Assembly (NCBI GenBank): GCA_002269645.1
Contig: NIVC01003121.1
Coordinates: 1-64,000 of the forward strand
Direction of reading: 5' to 3'
Length of the DNA: 64,000 nucleotides
Origin: Macrostomum lignano
Taxonomy: Eukaryota
Of this stretch, positions 11,611-23,690 are shown in pieces. How positions within the stretch are numbered: the first letter of the stretch is position 1; each line of letters opens with the position of its first letter. The position numbers and the translations under genes are program-made. A model generated the notes under the pieces. It was given only the letters and a program-made list of their open reading frames with translations, was not told the origin of the DNA and made no database searches.

Positions 11611-14458
11611 ATGGACGGAGAAGCAGTGGAAGCTGCTCAAGAAACAGCAGTTGAAGAAGCAGCCGAAGGAACAGCCGAAGAAGCGGGTGAAGCAGCAGAT
11701 AAAGCAGGTAAAGCAGCAGATGAAGCAGCAGATGAAGCAGGTAAAGCAGCAGATGAAGCAGGTAAAGCAGCTGAAGAAACAGGTGAAGCAGCTGAAGAAG
11801 CAGCAGAAGAAGCAGGTAAAGCAGCTGAAGAAGCAGCTGAAGAAACAGGTGAAGCAGCTGAAGAAGCAGGTGAAGCAGCAGAAGAAGCAGCTGAAGAAGC
11901 AGGTGAAGCGGCTGACGAAGCAGCTAAAGAAGCAGGTGAAGCGGCTGAAGAAGCAGGTGAAGCGGCTGAAGAAGCAGCTGAAGAAGCAGGTGAAATAGCC
12001 GAAGAAGCAGCAGATAAAGCAGCTGAAGAAGCAGCTGAAGAAGCAGGTGAAGAAGCAGGTGAAGCAGCCGAAGAAGCAGCTGAAGCAGCTGAAGAAGCAG
12101 CTGAAGAAGCAGCTGAAGCAGCCGAAGAAGCAGCTGAAGAAGCAGCCGAAGAAGTAGCCGAAGAAGCAGCTGAAGAAGCAGCTGAAGAAGCAGCCGAAGA
12201 AGCAGCTGAAGAAGCAGGTGAGAAAGGTGATGGGAACAGGAGGTCAAGCAGGATCATAGCGATAGCAAAACGAGGATTATATATGATTTTATTATAATTT
12301 TATTAAAGGAAATTAGGAAAAGTAAAAACACTAGGGATTAAAAGTGAAGCTCCACATCGCCATCAATTCTCCCCTCACCCCCGCCCGACCGCAGAGCCGC
12401 CCCCGGACTACGAGGTCACCCGGGCGCGCATCGACGAGCTGAACGCCCAGCTGGAGAGCGAGCCGCTGCCGGAGGAGGAGACCCAGCGCAGGCCGACGCG
12501 AATCCGCTTCCAGGAAGGGACGGACAGCTTTGAAGTGCCGGAGCACTACCACGAGGCGCTTTCAGCAGCGGGCGTGTCGGCGGAGGAAGCGAAGAAGTAC
12601 TATCGCACATTCAAGCTATTCGACGCGGATGGATCCAACAGCATCGATGCCGGAGAGCTTTACAGCTGTCTGCAGGTTTCAGGCCAGGTGAGAGTGCAGT
12701 TGGAGCTCACCTATGCTCGTAGCCTAGCGTGTGTGTGTGCTCAGGTTACCGATATTCGTAATTCTCTCCTGTCTGAAGTTGTCCCCGAAAACCTGACCAA
12801 CTAACGCCAAGCAATCCATGACTTCCACCAGGCACCGGAAAGCCAGGAGGAAATCCAGCAGATGCTGTCGGAGAGCGACACGGACGCCAGCGGCAGCATG
12901 GAATTTGTGGAATTCGCCTCGCTGATGTCGCGTCTTTGCAAGCCGGAGGCGGACGTGCGCCAGCAGCTGGTGAGCAGCTTCCAGGTGTTTGACAAAGACC
13001 AGAGCGGCTACTTGGACCGGGAGGAGCTGCGCGACGCCATCTACAGCATGGGGCCGGTGGAGCTTTCCGAGGAGGAGTTCGACGAACTGCTCAGCGCGGT
13101 GGACAAGAACGGAGACGGCCGCATCGACTATGAAGGTGAATTTTAGTGCGCAAGAACACCTTGCTTGCATTGCATTTGTTCGCGAAATAAAAGTTCGAGT
13201 AAGAATATAGGCTGGTCTAGTTTGTGCATTCAATTGATTTCTTTTCAGAGTTTGCCGCGATTCTTTTAACTGACATCAATCAGCTGATTCAGACTACAAA
13301 AGAAGAGATGCAACGGAAAGGGTGAGATTTAAATAGAAATTTATGTTTTGAAAAGTGACCATGGCTTTACTTGTAGTTTAAAGTACGAGTACGCTCTTTT
13401 GCAGGCATCCAGCACACCCGGAACATCCGGAACATCCTGAGCACCCTGAGCATCCTGAGCATCCTGAGCACCCTGAGAATCCTGAGCATCCTGAGCATCC
13501 TGAGCACCCTGAGCATCCTGAGCATCCTGAGCATCCTGAGCATCCAGACCAATCAGACAAAGAGAAAAGTCGCGGGAATGGAAGGAAGGGGGCTGGAGCA
13601 GCTGCAGTTTCAATCTCTAGGTCTGGTGGAGCTGAAGGAGCTGATGCCGCGACTATAGGTGAAGCTCCAGTGGAGGAACCATCAGCTGAAGAAGAACCAC
13701 CCATTGAGGAACCTCCTGCTGAAGAGCCGCCAGCTGAAGAGCCACAAGCTGAAGAGCCGCCAGCTGAAGAACCACAAGCTGAAGAACCACCAGCTGAAGA
13801 ACCACCAGCTGAAGAACCACCAGCTGAAGAACCACAAGCTGAAGAACCACCAGCTGAAGAACCACCAGCTGAAGAACCACCAGCTGAAGAACCACCAGCT
13901 GAAGAACCACCAGCTGAAGAACCACCAGCTGAAGAACCACCAGCTGAAAAACCACCAGCTGAAGAACCACCAGCTGAAGAACCACCAGCTGAAGAAGAAC
14001 CACCAGCTGACGAAGAACCACCAGCTGAAGAACCACCAGCTGAAAAAGATCCACATCTTGAGGAAAAACCAGTTGAAGCACCGCAAAGTCAGGAACCACA
14101 TGTTGTACCCGCTGGGCAACCAGGTGTTTTTGTTTCTGTACAGCCAGGTGCTGTGCAAGTTGAACAGCCAGTGGTGGTACCAGCAAATCAGCAATCGGAT
14201 GAGAAATCGCATGCCTCAGGTGGCATCCAACTTCAATTCAATGCTGGGGATGATTCACAGAAGCAGAATCAAGTACAGGCCGATGTGAAACAGAAGGACG
14301 CTCATGGTCAGCATCAAGTTAAAATTAAAAGACAGTCTGCCAAGTCTCGAGATGACCGATCTAGGCAGTCATCCGGTCATAGCTTCAAATCAGGCTCTCG
14401 GAAGTCGGCATCAAAGCCAAATTCAAAATCAGGTGGCGGTTCCAGTGACTCAGACTAA
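11611..14458 (+). CDS. Calmodulin-like 4-EF-hand protein with acidic repeat arms, chimeric left version; predicted exons 11611-12217, 12395-12687, 12832-13135, 13249-13321, 13405-14458 (~776 aa)
   Basis: EF loops DADGSNSIDAGE, DTDASGSMEFVE, DKDQSGYLDREE and DKNGDGRIDYEE; all proposed introns are GT-AG with phases that add up to 2331 nt (777 codons); N-terminal EEAA/GKAADEA repeats, then HPE and EEPPA repeats. Confidence 0.72.
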
Positions 14459-15960
14459 ATAGTTTTGAGAAAAAATGTACGGTAAAAACAGTGAGCGCTG
14501 TTTCTTAATTACGAATATATGCGCCATATTTATGAGACTGACAATTTAGTTTTTTGACGACTCAGATATAATTAAAGCGCTTTATGATCTTTAATCCAAC
14601 CGCAGAAGCCAAAACACAGTTTCAAAGAATCGCTCTGTTATATTTTTAGCGGCTAAATACTCAATTATATAAACATTCTGTGTGTTGATAAAATTGCTTG
14701 TTATACATGTACATTAATTTGGGTCAGAGCTGTATAAATTTGACTAAAAATGATATTGTAACTTTATTGATATTTTAACTTTTTTGATAAATTTGTTGAG
14801 ATAGTCTTCACCTTAATGGAATTAAAACTGATAAGTTAAGTCTTATGGCTTTTTGAATAGCTTTTAAAAAAGAACTAATTTTACGCAACACCGGAACAAT
14901 GATTGTTGTCATGGTAATTTGTTTAACTATGCAGAGACAAATTTAACGTTGAAAAATGAGCTAATTTTGCAAAGGGTGTGCACTGCTCTGAAAACATTTT
15001 TGTACTATTGAATGCTTTCTTGCTGATAGCTTACTTCTTGTTGTTGGCATTTTTTAAAAATGCAACAAAAATGACGCACAAACTAATAACATACAAATAA
15101 ACTATCATTAAAATAATAGCGTTGGCATCACTTTTAAATGAAAACCTGCCAAATGAGTCAATGACAAGTAGTCATAGGGATTCAAAGGATTTTTCACTGA
15201 AGTACGATTGTAATCACTCATTGATCTTCATCTATGCTTAATAAATAGTTTTATACTAGTTTTGATTAGGTGAATAAAATACGATTAGGATAAAATAAAT
15301 ATATAATAGGTGTGAATTTTTTATTTCGAGACAGTACATTATTACAACAAATAGAACAGACTTTGAAGTTAGGATGAAAGCAAAGCTGTAATTCTAAATA
15401 ACAACTATGTTGATCTATCAATTTTCTAAATATTTTGTTCTTATAATAATTTCCAGTGACTAAGGCCAATCAGATGTCTATTAAATATTCTGAGTGCTGA
15501 TTCACTGCCATGTCATTGAATGGATTTCACACACACACACACACATATATATATGTATATTTACTCCTGTACTATATAGTGTTCTTTTCTACTAGAAAAC
15601 TTTAGCAAAAAATAATAAAATATTACTTATATTACTTATGAGATATGAATAAACTAATAGATAAATTATTTGCTATCAGTTTAAAGAAAATATCATTTAA
15701 GTCTTTTTTATTATTTAGGTGACAATTTTTTCAAGTAAACATTGCAGAACAGATAAAACCTTTTTTATGCTTAAAAATACCATCTAGAACTTGTTAATCT
15801 GTTATCTGTTGAGTCCAGAAGGTTATTGTAAATTCTAGCAAAGTGACTAACACATTGTTTTGATATTGAAATTTCAGCTCAAAATCAACTTTTTGAACTG
15901 TTTTTTAACCAAAACATCTTCCAGACCGCCGAGCCCCAGCAGCCGCCCCCATCGGCAGGC

Positions 15961-18661
15961 ATGCCGCAGACCGGGGAGTCCGACGACTTCGGCATGCGAG
16001 ACGATCAGCGCGCCGCCATGGCGGAGCTCGAGCGGCTGCAGAGCACCAGACCGGAGGACTGGAACGGTGAGTAGCGCTTCCTTGGCTGCGTGCGACTTAC
16101 ATTTGAATTTTTAAAGATTTTCATCGCATTTTGAGCACCGCCGCCCCGCACCCCGCAATTCCGCATTGCAGAGGAAAAGGACGCCGAGTTCTTGCAGCTG
16201 CTCATGGGTGAGTCTGCGAGTTGATCCGGTCTCGAGCAGAGGTCAAGCAGGATCATAGCGGTAGCAAAACTAGAATTAGAAATGATTTTCAGCTTCAGCT
16301 TTGAGGGGTTGGCCCTCATGGGCACGAGATGCAAGACAAACCCGTTGCATTACTGCTGTGAGCTACTCAGCTCCTTGATGTACTCGTGGAAGCTTTTTTC
16401 AAGTATTTTGAGAACGTTAAACAGAGAGGCACGGCAGTTTCCATATCCTCTCAGTGTAATTCCAAAAAAAGTCAGGGGCGTCGCCACAGGGGACAGGGGG
16501 AGATGTCCCCCAAGTGAAAGCAATGGTTTGTCCCCTCCGCCCCACCTTGTGACCCCGTTATGGAAATCAACAATTTTGCTTCAGGGCGCCGCAATAAGGG
16601 TCTGCGGCGCCGAAATGAGTGTCTGCGGCGCCAAAATGAGTGTCTGCGGCGCCGAAATGAGTGTCTGCGGCGCCGAAATGAGTATCTGCGGCGCCGAAAT
16701 GAGTGTCTGCGGCGCCGAAATGAGTGTCTGCGGCGCCAAAATGAGTGTCTGCGGCGCCAAAAAAATGTAGGATTTTATTTCATGGTAGAATTCTTGGCTT
16801 TGCCCCCTCACCATAAAATCCATGGTGACGGCCGAGGCAATTTTCAGGGAATTTAAACCGAAAACGTTAGAAGCTAATCATTAAAGGTGAAGCTGCACAT
16901 CGCAAACGATTCTCCTCCAACCCGCCCGGCCGCAGAGCCGCCCCCGGACTACGAGGTCACCCGGGCGCGCATCGACGAGCTGAACGCCCAGCTGGAGAGC
17001 GAGCCGCTGCCGGAGGAGGAGGCCAAGCGCAGGCCGACGCGAATCCGCTTCAGCGAGAATCTCGTCAGCGTGGCGCCCGAGCCCGAGCCGCCGGCTGGTG
17101 AGCTGCATGAGGACACGAGCGACGAGGCGGAGGACGAGGAGGAGGACAGTGAAGAGGAACAGCAGCAGCAGCAGCAAGAAAGCGGCGATGCGGACGGGCT
17201 GGGCGAAATGCCGCAACCGGCCGCCAACCAAGACGATGTTGATGAAGCACCACCTTCCAGATTGCCTCCCGCCACCACTGCTGAGCAGCAACAACAGCAG
17301 CCGCAGCAAGAGAAAGAAGCATCACAGAAGGTTGTCGTTGTAAACGGCGGTCGGATTCGGTTTGTCGACAGCTCCGACTTCGAGGCGAAGAACTCGCCGT
17401 CGCCCAGGCCGGCAAGTCGGCGCCCGAAATCAGCCGCCGCCTCCGAGTCCCGCCGGCAACCGCAGGCGCAGCAGCAGCCGCAGTCCCAGCGCCGGAAGAA
17501 CCGGCAGCAGGCGGCCGCTCGGCCGACCAGCGCCCCGCAGGCCTCCTTCAGCAGGCAGCAGCAGGAGGAGGAGCAGCAGAGGCTCGAGCTGCAGCAGCCG
17601 CAGCAGCAGCACAGCCGCGAGGAGAACGAGGCCGCCTTCCAGGCCTGGCTGGCCAAGAAGCGTCGGGAACGCGGTGGCAGCGGGCGAAAGTCGTCCGCCT
17701 CAACATCTGGCGGCGGCGGCGGCTCGAAGGCGGAGGACAGCGAGGCCGCCTTCCAGGCCTGGCTGATCCGCAAGCGGCAGCAGTCGGAGGCGGAGCAGCG
17801 CCGGGCGGAGGCGGCGCGCCGCGCCGAGACTGATCGGCGCCGGGACGCAGCGGCCGAGCGCGACGGCGTCAGCTTCGAGCGCTGGCTGGAGGCGAAGCGG
17901 GCGCAGCTCCGCCGCGAGGCCGACCTGCAGCAGCGGCGGCGGACGGAAGAAGACCCGCCGCCTGAGGCGATCCACTCGCCGGAGGAGTGTCGCAAGGCAT
18001 TCAGGAGGTGAGTCGCGGGCCTGGAGCAAGGGAGGTCCTGGAGCCCCCGTTCTGCTGACCCCTGGAGGGCTGACACGTCTCGGCGAGTCGCCAGCAGCTG
18101 CGTAATCCCTACCTGAGATTACCCACCTGAGGCTACCCACTTGAGGTTTCCCACCTGAGATTACCCACCTGAGGCTACCCACTTGAGGTTTCCCACCTGA
18201 GATTACCCACCTGAGGCTACCCACTTGAGGTTACCCACCTGAGATTACCCACCTGAAGTTACGCACCTGAGGTTAACCACCTGAGATTACCCACCTGAGG
18301 TTACCCACCTGAGGTTACCCACCTGAGGTTACCCACCTGAGATTACCCACCTGAAGTTACCCATCTGTAATTAGCCACCTCAAGGTAACCTGAGGTCAGT
18401 TACTCTGGTTAGTTCACAGAGTTAAAAGCGCTGGTGGCACAGTCCAGAGTTCGAATCCTAGTCCATCCCGAACCCCCCCCCCACCCCGCCAGCTGGCTCA
18501 AGAGGAAGGAAGAGCAGCGGCGCCAGGAGGAGAAGCTGGAGCGCCAGAGGGCGCGCATCACTCGCCTGGCGCTGCGCCGCTCACGCAAGTCGCAGGCCCT
18601 GGCCAGCGCGTTGCTGGCCGCAAACTCCTACAGGTACATGGACTACTATGGTTATCGATAG
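15961..18661 (+). CDS. Coiled-coil protein, tentatively CCDC181-like; exons 15961-16066, 16172-16207, 16936-18007, 18493-18661 (~460 aa)
   Basis: GTGAGT donors and CAG acceptors give 1383 nt in frame; repeated AFQAWLxxK / FERWLEAK / AFRSWLKRK helices and a C-terminal YMDYYGY. The family name is from recalled motif resemblance only. Confidence 0.7.
16473..16833. mobile_element. Possible MITE-like insert with internal 21-bp array CGGCGCCGAAATGAGTGTCTG in intron 2 of the CCDC181-like gene (mirror ~50700-51303, expanded array)
   Basis: Starts CAGGGGCGTCGCCA; imperfect inverted counterpart TGGTGACGGCC at ~16823-16833 (9/11 match); no clear TSD. Confidence 0.35.
18110..18395. repeat. 14-bp intronic minisatellite ACCCACCTGAG(G/A)TT (mirror ~49225-49405)
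   Basis: Tandem units in the last intron of the CCDC181-like gene. Confidence 0.9.
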
Positions 18662-19059
18662 ATAGTTTTTCATGATAACAACTGGACTGGCGACTTGGGT
18701 TTGAGCTGCGACTCAGGCTGTAAAGCTGTCCGATTGCAAACTGCCAGCTCATCCTGCAACTCTTGCAGATTTGTTTGCTCCTAGAAGATTTCTGATTTTA
18801 TTTCTATTTTTCTTTTTGACTATATAATTTTGGCAATCAGTGCTTAGCCCATCATATTTTCCTTCTTTGTAGGCTCTTTTACCTGTGATTTATAAATGCT
18901 ACTCAGATTTATTGTTTGTTTCACGGATTCTAAACTCGCATATCAGCACTTGTCTCTGTGGCTCTGTGCACTTTTATATGACCCACGCACTGCCTTTTGT
19001 GAGCTGCCTGTCCTCTGCTTGCGATCCTCTTCTCGATCTCCAATTCTGTCACTGCCCTG

Positions 19060-20580
19060 TCACTCTCTCCGCCTTCTACCTCTTCGCTCACTGTCACACT
19101 CTCTCCGCTCTTTGTCACTCTCTATCCGCTCTCTGTCACACGCTCTCCGCTCTCTGCCCCACTCCCTCCGCTCTCTGCCCCACTCTCTCCGCTCTCTGCC
19201 CCACTCTCTCTCCGCTCTCTGCCCCACTCCCTCCGCTCTCTGCCCCACTCCCTCCGCTCTCTGCCCCACTCCCTCCGCTCACTGTCACACTCTCTCCGCT
19301 CTTTGTCACTCTCTCTCCGCTCTCTGCCCCACTCTCTCTCCGCTCTTTGCCCCACTCCCTCCGCTCTCTGCCCCACTCCCTCCGCTCTCTGCCCCACTCC
19401 CTCCGCTCTCTGCCCCACTCCCTCCGCTCTCTGCCCCACTCCCTCCGCTCTCTGCCCCACTCCCTCCGCTCTCTGCCCCACTCCCTCCGCTCTCTGTCAC
19501 TCTCTCTCCGCTCTCTGCCCCACTCCCTCCGCTCTCTGCCCCACTCCCTCCGCTCTCTGCCCCACTCCCTCCGCTCTCTGTCACTCTCTCTCTCCGCTCT
19601 CTGCCCCACTCTCCGCTCTCTGTCACTCTCTCTCCGCTCTCTGTCACTCTCTCCGCTCTCTGTCACTCTCTCCGCTATCTGTCACTCTCTCTCCGCTCTC
19701 TGTCACTCCCTCTCTCCGCTCTCTGTCACTCTCTCCGCCTTCTACCTCTTCGCTCACTGTCACACTCTCTCCGCTCTTTGTCACTCTCTATCCGCTCTCT
19801 GCCCCACTCCCTCCGCTCTCTGCCCCACTCTCTCTCCGCTCTCTGCCCCACTCTCTCTCCGCTCTCTGCCCCACTCCCTCCGCTCTCTGCCCCACTCCCT
19901 CCGCTCTCTGCCCCACTCCCTCCGCTCTCTGCCCCACTCCCTCCGCTCTCTGCCCCACTCCCTCCGCTCTCTGCCCCACTCCCTCCGCTCTCTGCCCCAC
20001 TCCCTCCGCTCTCTGTCACTCTCTCTCCGCTCTCTGCCCCACTCCCTCCGCTCTCTGCCCCACTTCCTCCGCTCTCTGCCCCACTCCCTCCGCTCTCTGC
20101 CCCACTCCCTCCGCTCTCTGTCACTCTCTCTCCGCTCTCTGTCACTCTCTCTCTCCGCTCTCTGCCCCACTCTCCGCTCTCTGTCACTCTCTCTCCGCTC
20201 TCTGTCACTCTCTCCGCTATCTGTCACTCTCTCTCTCTCCGCTCTCTGTCACTCCCTCTCTCCGCTCTCTGTCACTCTCTCCGCTCTCTGTCACTCTCTC
20301 TCTCTCCGCTCTTTGTCACTCTCTCTCCGCCCTCTGTCACACTCTCTCCACCCTCTGCCCCACTCTCTCCGCCTTCTGTCACACTCTCTCCACCCTCTGC
20401 CCCACTCTCTCCGCCTTCTGTCACACTCTCTCCACCCTTTGCCCCACTCTCTCCGCCTTCTGTCACACTCTCTCCGCCCTCTGCCCCGCTCTCTCAGCCC
20501 TCTGTCACACTCCCACCACCCTCTGTCACTCTCTCTCCGCTCTCTGCCGCACTCTTTGCCACACTCTCCCCGCCCGCTCT
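19060..20580. repeat. CT-rich ~21-bp minisatellite CTCCGCTCTCTGCCCCACTCC with GTCAC variants (mirror ~47020-48540)
   Basis: About 1.5 kb of tandem units with higher-order blocks that differ between arms. Confidence 0.95.
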
Positions 20581-21149
20581 TTTTTAACAAGCAAGCATTT
20601 ATGGTATTAAAATTCAGACCAAGTGACCCGTTCAGCTTCAGTTTAGCTGGTTTGTTTCCCTCCTAACTTTGCAGCTCGTTTTTCTTCTGTTGGCAACAGG
20701 TCGCAATTTCTGTCTCTGTCAGACCTCTCTCTAGTTAGCAGGGCTCTAGCGGACTGTGCAATTAATTAAGCTGGTACATGCTTACAGTTCGGCTTTGTGT
20801 CTGATTTGCCCCTGGTCCTTTTCTGCCTTGCGCGCACCTTACTTTGCCTCCGGCTTATCTGTTCCTATGTTATATATTTATTATTTTTATATAATATACA
20901 TATTTTTATCCGATAACTCAGCGGTGTAAACGTGCAACAGATATGAACCCTCTTGTGTTTATTGCATATTTTGCCTGCGTATGAATAAACTCTAATTTGT
21001 ACACACTTTGAAAACACTGCGCAGCAAACTGCAATTACAAGACTGACAGCTCGGCTTCTCAACACTTCATTGCATCAAATTTCTCCATCTGAACGCCACC
21101 GATGACCATCTGGAAAGCAAATTCCAACCACTTATGGCAACTAGATGAA

Positions 21150-23690
21150 TCTACTAGAATATTCACAAGCTATGGAATCTTCACAAACTAGAATCTTCAC
21201 GAACTATAATCTTCACAAACTATAGAATCTTCACCAACTAGAATCTACAAAAACTGGAACATTCAAAAACTAGAATCTTCCCAAACTAGAATCGTCACAA
21301 ACTAGAATCTTCAAAAACTAGAATCTTCCCAAACTAGAATCTTCAAAAACTAGAATCTTCACCAACTAGAATCTACAAAAACTAGAACATTAAAAAAACT
21401 AGAATCTTCCCAAACTATAATCTTCACAAACTACATGTATAATCTTCACAAACTAGAATCTTCACAAACTAGAATCTTCACAAACTAGAATCTTCACAGA
21501 CTAGAATCTTCACGAACTATAATCTTCACAAACTAGAATCTTCACAAACTAGAATCTTCACAGACTAGAATCTTCACGAACTATAATCTTCACAAACTAG
21601 AATCTTCACAGACTAGAATCTTCACAAACTAGAATCTTCACAAACTAGAATCTTCACAGACTAGAATCTTCACAAACTATAATCTTCACAGACTAGAATC
21701 TTCTCAAACTAGAATCTTCACAGACTAGAATCTTCACGAACTATAATCTTCACAAACTAGAATCTTCACAAACTAGAATTTTCACAAACTAGAATCTTCC
21801 CAAACTAGAATCTTCAAAAACTAGAATCTTCCCAAACTAGAATCTTCACAAACTAGAATCTTCACAAACTAGAATCTTCACAAACTACATGTATAATCTT
21901 CACAAACTAGAATCTTCACAAACTAGAATCTTCACAAACTAGAATCTTCACAGACTAGAATCTTCACGAACTATAATCTTCACAAACTAGAATCTTCACA
22001 AACTATAATCTTCACAAACTAGAATCTTCACAAACTACAATCTTCACAAACTAGAATCTTCACAAACTAGAATCGTCACAAACTAGAATCTTCACAAACT
22101 AGAATCTTCACAAACAAGAATATTTACATACTATAGAATGTTCACAGACTAGAATCTTCAGAAACTATAGAATCTTCGCAAATTGGAATCTTTTAATTAG
22201 AATACTGCCTGAGATGTTTGTAAAGAATCTAGTTTCTGAAGATTTTAGCTTGTAAAGATTATAGCTGGTGAATCTTATTTTTTGTAAATATAGTTCTAGT
22301 TTGTGAAAATTCTAGTTTGTGAAGATTCTACGAGTAGTTTGTGAAGATTCTAGTTTGTGAAGATTATAGTTTGGGAAGATTATAGTCTGTGAAGGTTATA
22401 GTTTGCGAAGATTTTTATAGTTTGTGAAGATTATAGTTTGTGAAGATTTTTATAGTTTGGGAAGATTGTAGTTTGTGAAGATTATAGTTTGTGAAGATTA
22501 AAGTTTGTGAAGATTCTAGTTTAGGAAGATTATAGTTTGTGAATATTATAGTCTGTGAAGATTCTAGTTTGGGAAGATTATAGTTTGTGAAGATTATAGT
22601 TTGTGAAGATTCTACGAGTAGTTTGTGAAGATTCTAGTTTGTGAAGATTATAGTTTGGGAAGATTATAGTCTGTGAAGGTTAAAGTTTGCGAAGATTTTA
22701 TAGTTTGGGAAGATTTTTATAGTTTGTGAAGATTATAGTTTGTGAAGATTTTTATAGTTTGTGAAGATTCTAGTTTGTGACGATTCTAGTTTGTGAAGAT
22801 TCTAGTTTGTGAAGATTCTAGTCTGTGAAGATTCTAGTTTGTGAAGATTATAGTTTGTGAAGATTCTAGTTTGTGAAGATTATAGTTCGTGAAGATTCTA
22901 GTCTGTGAAGATTCTAGTTTGTGAAGATTCTAGTTTGTGACGATTCTAGTTTGTGACGATTCTAGTTTGTGAAGATTCTAGTTTGTGAAGATTTTTATAG
23001 TTTGTGAAGATTCTAGTTTGTGAAGATTCTAGTTTGTGAAGATTATAGTTTGTGAAGATTCTAGTTTGTGAAGATTATAGTTCGTGAAGATTCTAGTCTG
23101 TGAAGATTCTAGTTTGTGAAGATTCTAGTTTGTGACGATTCTAGTTTGTGACGATTCTAGTTTGTGAAGATTCTAGTTTGTGAAGATTTTTATAGTTTGT
23201 GAAGATTATAGTTTGTGAACATTATAGTTTGTGAAGATTATAGTTTGTGAAGATTATAGTTTGTGAAGATTATAGTTCGTGAAGATTCTAGTCTGTGAAG
23301 ATTCTAGTTTGTGAAGATTCTAGTTTGTGACGATTCTAGTTTGTGACGATTCTAGTTTGTGAAGATTCTAGTTTGTGAAGATTTTTATAGTTTGTGAAGA
23401 TTCTAGTTTGTGAAGATTCTAGTTTGTGAAGATTATAGTTTGTGAAGATTCTAGTTTGTGAAGATTATAGTTCGTGAAGATTCTAGTCTGTGAAGATTCT
23501 AGTTTGTGAAGATTCTAGTTTGTGACGATTCTAGTTTGTGACGATTCTAGTTTGTGAAGATTCTAGTTTGTGAAGATTTTTATAGTTTGTGAAGATTATA
23601 GTTTGTGAACATTATAGTTTGTGAAGATTATAGTTTGTGAAGATTATAGTTTGTGAAGATTATAGTTTGGGAAGATTATAGTTTGGGAAG
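21150..23690. repeat. 16-bp satellite ACTA(G/T)AATCTTCACAA, forward to ~22193 then reverse-complement from ~22216
   Basis: Array polarity flips around AATTAGAATACTGCCTGAGATG. Confidence 0.95.

Noticed and set aside
16222-16224. Apparent nonsense TGA in the left CCDC181-like gene (CGA in the right copy)
   Set aside because: With the GTGAGT donor at 16208 and the CCGCAG acceptor at 16935 it is intronic, and both copies are intact.
16887-16935. ORF-track start (GTG, 'MKLHIAND') for the CCDC181-like gene
   Set aside because: It lies in intron 2 under the phase-consistent splice model.
18885-20666. Long ORFs of 435-595 aa (LRSLPHS/SALCPTP repeats; mirror 46930-48717)
   Set aside because: The stop-free 21-bp minisatellite opens several frames at once; there is no coding signal.
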